Positions 56,712 through 64,000 of a stretch of DNA of 64,000 nucleotides are shown piece after piece (positions within the stretch are counted from its first letter, which is position 1; the number at the start of each line of letters is the position of its first letter). The position numbers and the translations under genes were made by a program. The stretch comes from Anaeramoeba ignava BMAN (lineage: Eukaryota > Protista > Anaeramoebae), in the NCBI GenBank assembly GCA_028826165.1, contig JAPDFW010000011.1, positions 186,001 through 250,000 of the forward strand, in the 5' to 3' direction. The notes beneath the pieces are model-generated. The model was not told the origin of the DNA and did not search any database. It saw nothing but the letters and a program-made list of their open reading frames with translations.

Positions 56712-56909
56712 ATGAAAAATCGATTAAAGAATTTGATAAAGAAAATTAAACTCAGATATTATCAATATGAATTATTAACAGGAGCTTGCTTTTTAAATCC
56801 ATGCGAGAAGGTTTTTTTCAATCTTGTATTGATAATAGTTCTTTTAATTATTTTTAGAAGTCTTTGGAAATTATTTTTCAGAAGTGCATCTTTTTTTTCA
56901 ATGAAATAA
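56712..56909 (+). CDS. SPTSSA: Serine palmitoyltransferase small subunit (ssSPT), 65 aa
   Basis: YYQYELLTGACFLNPCEKVFFN matches ssSPT YYQY...T..YMLEPWE...FN, followed by one TM. Confidence 0.8.
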   Translation: MKNRLKNLIKKIKLRYYQYELLTGACFLNPCEKVFFNLVLIIVLLIIFRSLWKLFFRSASFFSMK

Positions 56910-57130
56910 ATAAAATTTAAAATTTAAAATTAAAAATTAAAATTAAAATTAAAAAATTAAAAAGAATTTTGATTAAATTCGAATTTGTTTCTTTATTTTT
57001 TTATTAGAAATTGAATTTCAAAATTTAACGAAGAACTCAAATAAAATTTTAAATCAAAAATTCAAATCAAAAATTTAAATAAAATTTAAATAAAATTTCA
57101 AATTAAAAATTTTTTTTACAAAATTTTAAT

Positions 57131-57745
57131 TTAATTTTTTTTGGTTGATTCAATTAAATCATTAACAATTGAAGAAAGATTTTTTGTTTGAGAATTTTGA
57201 GATCTGATCAATTCATTAATTCTTTCTTGAATTTTTAAATCAAATTTGAATTTATGAGATTCAAAACAACTTAAAACAAAAAAAATAATTGATAAACTTG
57301 ATTGAATAATATTTTCATTTTCAGAAAATAAACATTCCAGAATTAAACTTGGACCATCTTCCTTTTCAATAATAATTAAATTATAAGGATCTATGCAGCA
57401 ATTACAAATTGAACCAATTCCAAGTTCAATTAATTTTTGATTAGATTCTTTTAAAGATTGGACAAAAACTTCAATTGCTTTTACTTTTCTAAGAAAGTTA
57501 TAATTAACAGGATCATAAGCAAAATTTCCCAATTTCGCTAATGATTCAATTTTTGATTCTGTTTATTTGTTGTAAATTTACTTAGTTATTTTTGTTTTAT
57601 TGTTGAAAAAAAAAATTGTTTTAATTTTTTTACTTTCTGATTTAGTTTCTTTATATTCTTTAACAAGTTGCTTTAAAAATTCAAGTCTATTTAAGCCTTC
57701 TCCTGATTGATTTCTTTTTCTGATTTTACTAATAGAAGAAAACAT
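57131..57745 (-). CDS. ARMC7: Armadillo repeat-containing protein 7, 179 aa; exons 57745-57634, 57558-57131
   Basis: MFSS......R....G.NRLEFLKQLVKEY, LGNFAYDPVNYNFLR, LIELGIGSICNCCID are the diagnostic ARMC7 motifs. Confidence 0.9.
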
Positions 57746-58053
57746 TTTTAATTTTATTTATTGAAGAAAAAATGAAAAAATAAAAATGAAAAAATAAATT
57801 TTTGTTCCACTTTTTTTTAATTTATTTTAATTTATTTTAATTTTAATTTTTTTTAATTTGAATTTAATTTTGTTTATTGAAAAAAATAATGAAAAAATAA
57901 ATTTTTTTTGTTCCACTTTTTTTTAATTAATTTTTTTTAATTAATTTGAATTTAATTTTAATTTAATTTTAATTTTTTTTAATTAATTTGAATTTGAATT
58001 GAATTTTAATTTAATTTTAATTCGTTTTAAAAAAAATTAAAATAATATAAATT

Positions 58054-60325
58054 TCATTTTTGTTTTGAATTTTTTCCTTTTCTTTTTCTGATATTTGGAT
58101 TAATTTTTTGTTTTTTGGATTTATTTTGATCTAAAGGAATAGAATCTTGAGGTTTTGGAACTTTGTATTCTTGTTGAAGAGAAGAAATATCATCATTTAA
58201 ATCAAAATTACCAGTTCCTTCAGTTTTAGCAGCAACAATACCAATTAAAGAAGCAAGAAAAATTGTAAGAAAATTCCAAAAAATGAAAAAGAGGAAAATT
58301 TCTCGACAAAATTTTGTTGTAAAAAATTGAGAAATAAAATAATGAACTTGTTGAAATGATCTGAATTGATCTCCAAGATCGAATTCAATTTCATTTTCAT
58401 TTTCAATTGGTTGATTTTTATGAGGAAGCAATCCAAAGTTAAATCCACCAGATAAATGAACGAAAATGATTAAAAATAAATTTAGGATTGTTGGAACAAG
58501 GATTTGAATAGAAAAATACCAAATTCTTGTTATAATAAAAGCTGTCTTAAATTTTTAATGAATTTTAATTTTAATTTTTATAATTTTTTAGTTTTCAATA
58601 TAAATTTTAAATGAATTTTAAATTGAATTCTACTTTCAAAATGGCAGTTTTTGCAGTTGATTCAGTTCGATAAATAATAAATTTTTTTAATGAAGCAATT
58701 GCTGAGAAAAGTATTGATTGAATTTCATTACGATAAGAAAAAAGCTTTAATATGCAAACAAAATAAATGAACATAACTCGAAATGTAGCAAATTGTTCTT
58801 GCGAAAAACTAAATAATAAATGGTTTCAAATGAGTTCTTTGCAATTAAATGGTTTGCTTATTAAAATTAATTTACATTTGAGTTTTGGAAATGAGATGAA
58901 GAATTTTTGGATTAATTTTAACTCTATTGCTTTTATTTTCTTGGTTTTCCATTTCTAATATTTCTTCTTCAAATAAAACATCATCTCGATCAAAACTAAA
59001 TTCTATTTCTTGTTCTTGATCTTGATTTTGATTTTGATTTTGATTTTGTTGGATATTTTGTTGAATAAGAGGTTGTTTAACAAAGATAAAAGAACTAAAA
59101 AAATGGAATGATTGAAAAAAAAAATTTTTTTTTTTCGACTTTTTTTTTTGACATTTTTTTTTTGCTTTTTTTTTTGTTAAATAAATAAAACAAACGTTGT
59201 TTGCGTATAAAGAATAACAACAATAAGAGGAAGGAAAAAATTGATATATGATCTCAAACGAGCAAAACGAGAAAAACGAGTTTTTGTGTTGACGACATAA
59301 TAATGGGCTTTTGTGGATTGCAAAATAGCAAAAAGAGCAAGAGCAGAATAAACAGTAGAAATAAAAGCAATCGAAATTTTAAAGGAATTCCAAGAAATCA
59401 ATTTGTCTGAAGTGTATCCAAGAGAAGCAACAGCGTTTTTAACACTATCTTCAAAGGCATCACGAACATGCAAATCAAAATGCTGATTATCGCTTGAAAT
59501 AATGACAAAAGAAATGGCAAAAGAAATGAGACTAAAACCCAACATCATCCAAAAATCAACGCGTGTCCGAATTTTAGTTATCACAAGTTTGATAAAGAAA
59601 TATCTACAAAGATAATGGAGAGAAAAGTTATTCAATAAATTGATGCAATAGCATTTCATAGAAACCCAGAAATTAATATGTTGATTTAAATGGTTTCTTA
59701 ATAAATTATATTGATTTACAGTGAAATGACGATTGCAAAAAAATTGATTAAAACAGGAAGTGTGGAATAAAATTGAGGTTTAAAAAACTGCAGAACTTCG
59801 GATATCAAAGTAAAAGCAAGAGATAAAAACACCCAAAACAGAAGAGATTCAAGTGAATTATAATGAAGATCTCGAAGATGCTCAAGAACTTGACTTGTTA
59901 GCTAAACAAATGGATTCCATGATTTTTATAAATAAAAAAATGTACCAAAATTACAAAGTTTTTGAAAATTATAATTAGATTATTTTTTCGCTAATTAATA
60001 ATAAATCAAAATTGTTTTCTTTCTTGAGATTTTTTTATACAGGTGCTTCGATAATTTTCAAATGTGATTGAGTTTGGCTTCAATTTTTAAACAAAAAGAA
60101 GATGGTTTTGTTTCAATATTTTGTTTCTACTAATTTTGCTGGTTTTGTTTTTTTTTCTACTTACCTGTTTTTCTCTTTTAGAATTTCTTCTACTCGATCT
60201 TTTTGTGGAGGAACAAAAAATCTTAAACCTTTAACTAAAAACTCAACAATTGAGAAAAATAAAGTCAAAAATGAAACTAGAATTATAAGCAAAATCAAAA
60301 TCCAAAATTGGGGACTTAATAACAT
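58054..60325 (-). CDS. TMEM161: TMEM161-like multi-pass membrane protein, 557 aa; exons 60325-60165, 60077-60041, 59901-59720, 59603-59196, 59094-58876, 58808-58634, 58545-58054
   Basis: GLRFFVPP, LKIIEAPLT..VL, FDLHVRDAF, INFFLPLIVVILY, FATFRV..R.EIQSIL, FSIQILVP, FLFFIFWN; all introns GT-AG and in phase. Confidence 0.65.
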
Positions 60326-60469
60326 TTTAAGAATATTAGAAATTGAAAAATGAAAGAAAAAAATGAAAAAAAAAAATTAAAAAAAATTTTTTTCTTCTTT
60401 TTTTTTTTCATTTTTTTCTTCATTTTTTTTTCATTTTTTAAAAACAAATAATTATAATAAATTATCAAA

Positions 60470-61906
60470 ATGGTAGATAATCAACCATCTATGACTTTAA
60501 AAGTGGGATTACTTGGAGATTCTTATACAGGAAAAACGTCTCTTATGGTAAAATATGTTGAGAATATTTTTGAAAAAGATTATTTAGCAACACTTGGTAA
60601 ATTTTATTTTGAAATATTCGTTTTGTTTCTTTAATAAAAATTTTTACATTTAAAATCCCTTATAAATTTCAAATGAACAAATTCTTATTGTTTTATTTTT
60701 CCGTTATTTTAGGTGTGAATTTTATGGAAAAAATTGTAAAAGTTAGTGAAAAAGAAATAACTTTTAGTATTTGGGATCTTGGTGGTGAAGAGCAATTCCA
60801 GAATATGATGCCTATTGTCTGTATTGATGCAGTTGCTCTTCTTTATCTTTTTGATTTAACTCGAATTGATACTTTGAGTAATGTTAAATCTTGGATTCAA
60901 AAAGCACATAAATTGAATCCGGTAAATATACAATTCATTTATAAAATTAAATTAAATATAAAATTCATTTATAAAATTAAATATAAAATTAAATATAAAA
61001 TATAATATTAAAATTCATTTATAATATTAAATATAAAATTAAATATAAAATTAAATATAAAATTAAATATAAAATTAAATATAAAATTCAATATAAAATT
61101 CATTTATAAAATTAAATATAATATTAAATATAAAATTAAATATAATATTAAATATAAAATTAAAATTAAATATAAAATTAAAATTAAATATAAAATTAAA
61201 TATAAATATAAATATAAAATTCATTTATAAAATTAAATATAAAATTAATAAAATTAAAATTAAAAATTAAATATAATATTAAATATAAAATTAAATATAA
61301 AATTAAATATAAAATTAAAATTAAATATAAAATTAAATATAAAAATTAAAAATATAATATTAAATATAAAATTAAATATAAAATTAAATATAAAATTAAA
61401 TATAAAATTAAAATTAAATATAATATAAAATTCATTTATAAAATTAAATTTATATTTAATATTATATTTAATTATAAAATTAATTATAAATATAAAATTC
61501 ATTTATAAAATTCATTTATAAAATTAAATATAAATTTAAAATTAAATATAATATTAAATATAATATTAAAATTAAAATTAAAATTAAATATAAATTAGAC
61601 AGCAATTCCACTTTTAATCGGAACAAAATATGATCTTTATGCAGTAAAATCAGAAGCTGAACAAAAAGAAATGACAGATACAGTAATTTTAAAAATTTAA
61701 AAATTTAAAATTAAAAATTAAAAAATTAAAAAATTAAAAAGGCAAGAAAATTCGCAAAAGCAATGGATTGTCCTTTAATTTACTGTTCTTCTTCTCATTC
61801 AATTAATATTCAAAAAATATTCAAAGTGATTTTATCTAAAGTTTTCAGTTTGGAAATTGCTATTCCAAAAATTTCAGGAGATGGTGATCCAATTCTTGAA
61901 TATTAA
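60470..61906 (+). CDS. SPG1: Spg1/Tem1 family small GTPase (SIN/MEN), 194 aa; exons 60470-60596, 60713-60921, 61599-61682, 61742-61906
   Basis: [83 protein letters not shown]. Confidence 0.93.
60935..61595. repeat. 12-bp array (AAATATAAAATT)n in Spg1 intron 2
   Basis: Directly visible. Confidence 0.9.
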
Positions 61907-62105
61907 AATACAATTAAAACCAAAAAAAAAAAGCAAAAAAACTTTTTTCTCTTCTTCTTCTTTTTTTACTCATAAATTCAAAAAAAAAAAATGTTAATTT
62001 GATTTTGACAAATTTTAAGAAAATGAAAAACTCAAAAACTTTCCTTAATTTTTTTGAATTCATTTTTTTTCATTTTTTTTTCATTTTTTTTCTTTTAAAT
62101 AAAAA

Positions 62106-64000
62106 ATGATTTTAATTCTAATTATTGCATCAATTATTTTTATTATATTTGGAGTGATTGTTTTAATGTAAATTAATAATAAAATTTAATTTAAAAAATT
62201 AAATGATAAAATTTAAAAAAAAAATTTTTTTAAAAAAATTAAAAATAAAAAGCACTTTTTCAAAAATGAAAAACAAAATTAAAACAACAAATAATGAAAT
62301 GATTAAATTAAAAGAAAATTATGATAAATTAAGTTTGGAAAAAGAAAAAGCAGAAAAACAACTTGAAAATTTTTCACAAAATATTTCTCAAGTTAATAAT
62401 TTAGAATCAAATGAATTTCAAAAACAAATTGAACAACTTCAAACAAAAACTCAAAAACTCAAAACCAAAAAAAATGGTTTACAACAAAAATTATCTGAAA
62501 AATACCAAGAATTAAGTCAAGAAAATGAAAAAAATCATGGATTACTTCAATCAATTGAAGAAATGAAAGAAAATCAATTAAAAGAAACAGATTCAATTAA
62601 ATCAAAGTTTGAAGAAAAAATTCAAAATCTTCAATTTAGTCTTTCAAACTCTCAAAAATTACTTGATCAAAACAAAGAAAATGAAGATAAATCTTCCAAT
62701 TATCAAACTAGAATTGAAGAATTGGAAATAGAAAAGGAACAATTACAACTAAAAATAACCAAAACAAAAAATAAAAGAAATGATTTAAAGCAAGAATACC
62801 AAAATCTTGATCAACAAAAAAAGCAAATTGAAAATGAATACAATGAAAAATTAACAGATTCACAACAAAAAATACATTTAAAAGAAAGTGAATTAGGGAA
62901 AATAACGGAAGAATTGGATAATAAAAAAGAAGAAATATCAAATATTCAAATTCAATTTGAAGAATATAAAAAGGATAGTGAAATTTTGGAAGATAAAATC
63001 AAGGACAAAGATGTTGAAATAATGAAATTGAAAAAGGAAGTTGAAGAAAAAGAAGAATTGGAACAAGAACTTAAAGATTTGAAGGAAAAAATGATTCAAG
63101 TCAAAGAAAAAAAATCGAATGTTAAAAAGGCATTTCAAGCTTTTCAACATCAATCAAAAATGATGGTTATGAAACTACTTTATTAAAAACAAGAAATTGA
63201 AAGTTTAAAAGAGTAAATTATCAACAAAAGATTTAGAGATGCAAAGACTTAAAGAAGAAGAAAAAAAAAGAACAAATGAAAATTTAATTAATTTGAAGCA
63301 ATCACAAATGGAAAGTAATTTATCTAAAGAAAATGTTAACAGATTGCAACAAAATATTACAGAAAAAGAAGATATTATTCAAAATAATAAAGAAGAGATT
63401 CGCAAACTTTATGAATCTAATAATTTACTTCAAAATCAAAATCAAAAATTCAAAGAAAAGGAAATTCAACTTCAATCTGAATTGGATTCATTAAAGCAAG
63501 AAATTCAACATGAAAAGAATACAAAAGAATTCTTGCAACAATCAATATTAGAATCTGATAAATCAACAGAACAAAATGCACTTTTTGAAGATGAAACATC
63601 ATTTCAAAGAAGTGAAAATTATGAAGAAAATAATTCGTTATCTAATCCTCAAAAAGAAGAAATACAAGAAGAAATACAAGAAGAATATGATCCATTATCC
63701 CAAACAAAACCAAAAGAGAAAAAACAGAAATCACCAAGAAAGAAAGATAATTTAATTAAAGAAACAAAACCAAAAGATAAAACAAAAGATAAAACAAAAG
63801 ATAAAACAAAAGATAAAACAAAAGAAGAAAATCCATTAATTGATGAAACAAAACCAAAAGAAAATGAAGACTTATTTGCAGAAACAAAACCAAAAGATAA
63901 AAAAGATAAATCACCAAAAAAGAAAGATAATTTAATTAATGAAAATCCATTAATTGAAGATTCAAAACCAAAAGAAAATGAAGATTTATTTGGAGAAACA
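62106..64000 (+). CDS. N-terminally membrane-anchored long coiled-coil protein (kinectin/golgin-like architecture), 3'-partial; exons 62106-62167, 62253-63165, 63212->64000
   Basis: MILILIIASIIFIIFGVIVLI signal-anchor, then heptad-rich E/K/Q sequence. A 46-nt GT-AG intron (63166-63211) restores a frame open to the window end with ETKPK repeats. Confidence 0.6.

Noticed and set aside
60078-60164. Apparent premature stop in TMEM161 exon 1
   Set aside because: A canonical AG/GTAAGT donor and AAG acceptor restore the frame.
63160-63215. Apparent frameshift in the coiled-coil gene
   Set aside because: Resolved by a 46-nt GT-AG intron (63166-63211), though unconfirmed.

Overview
Eukaryotic, extremely AT-rich, gene-dense window from an intron-rich protist. 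Satellite-filled introns, (EN)n/(QN)n low-complexity tracts and an organelle-like presequence suggest an anaerobic amoeboid metamonad such as Anaeramoeba, but this is inference only. I spliced the genes by hand and resolved about 43 introns. Genes in order: ERGIC-53/Emp47-like lectin (partial), MAP2K, VPS54, FHA-CaMK (Chk2/Rad53-like) kinase, a tandem duplication (two ~1520-1535-aa predicted GPI-anchored C2/PT-stalk surface proteins plus an internally deleted kinase copy), a 2221-aa LRR + multi-TM protein, Arp3, a frameshifted beta-propeller surface protein, MPDU1, NOP2, a bacterial-type DUF1648 protein, adenylosuccinate synthetase, SPT small subunit, ARMC7, TMEM161, Spg1/Tem1 GTPase and a TM-anchored coiled-coil protein (partial). 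Best finding: evidence for a minor (U12) spliceosome. MPDU1 intron 3 (44602-44180, minus) is an AT-AC intron (5' ATATCCTTTT, branch CCTTGAT, 3' TAC). It restores the frame where no GT-AG solution does, and the minor-spliceosome factor ARMC7 lies about 13 kb away. Most long ORFs in the supplied track are translations of non-coding satellites.
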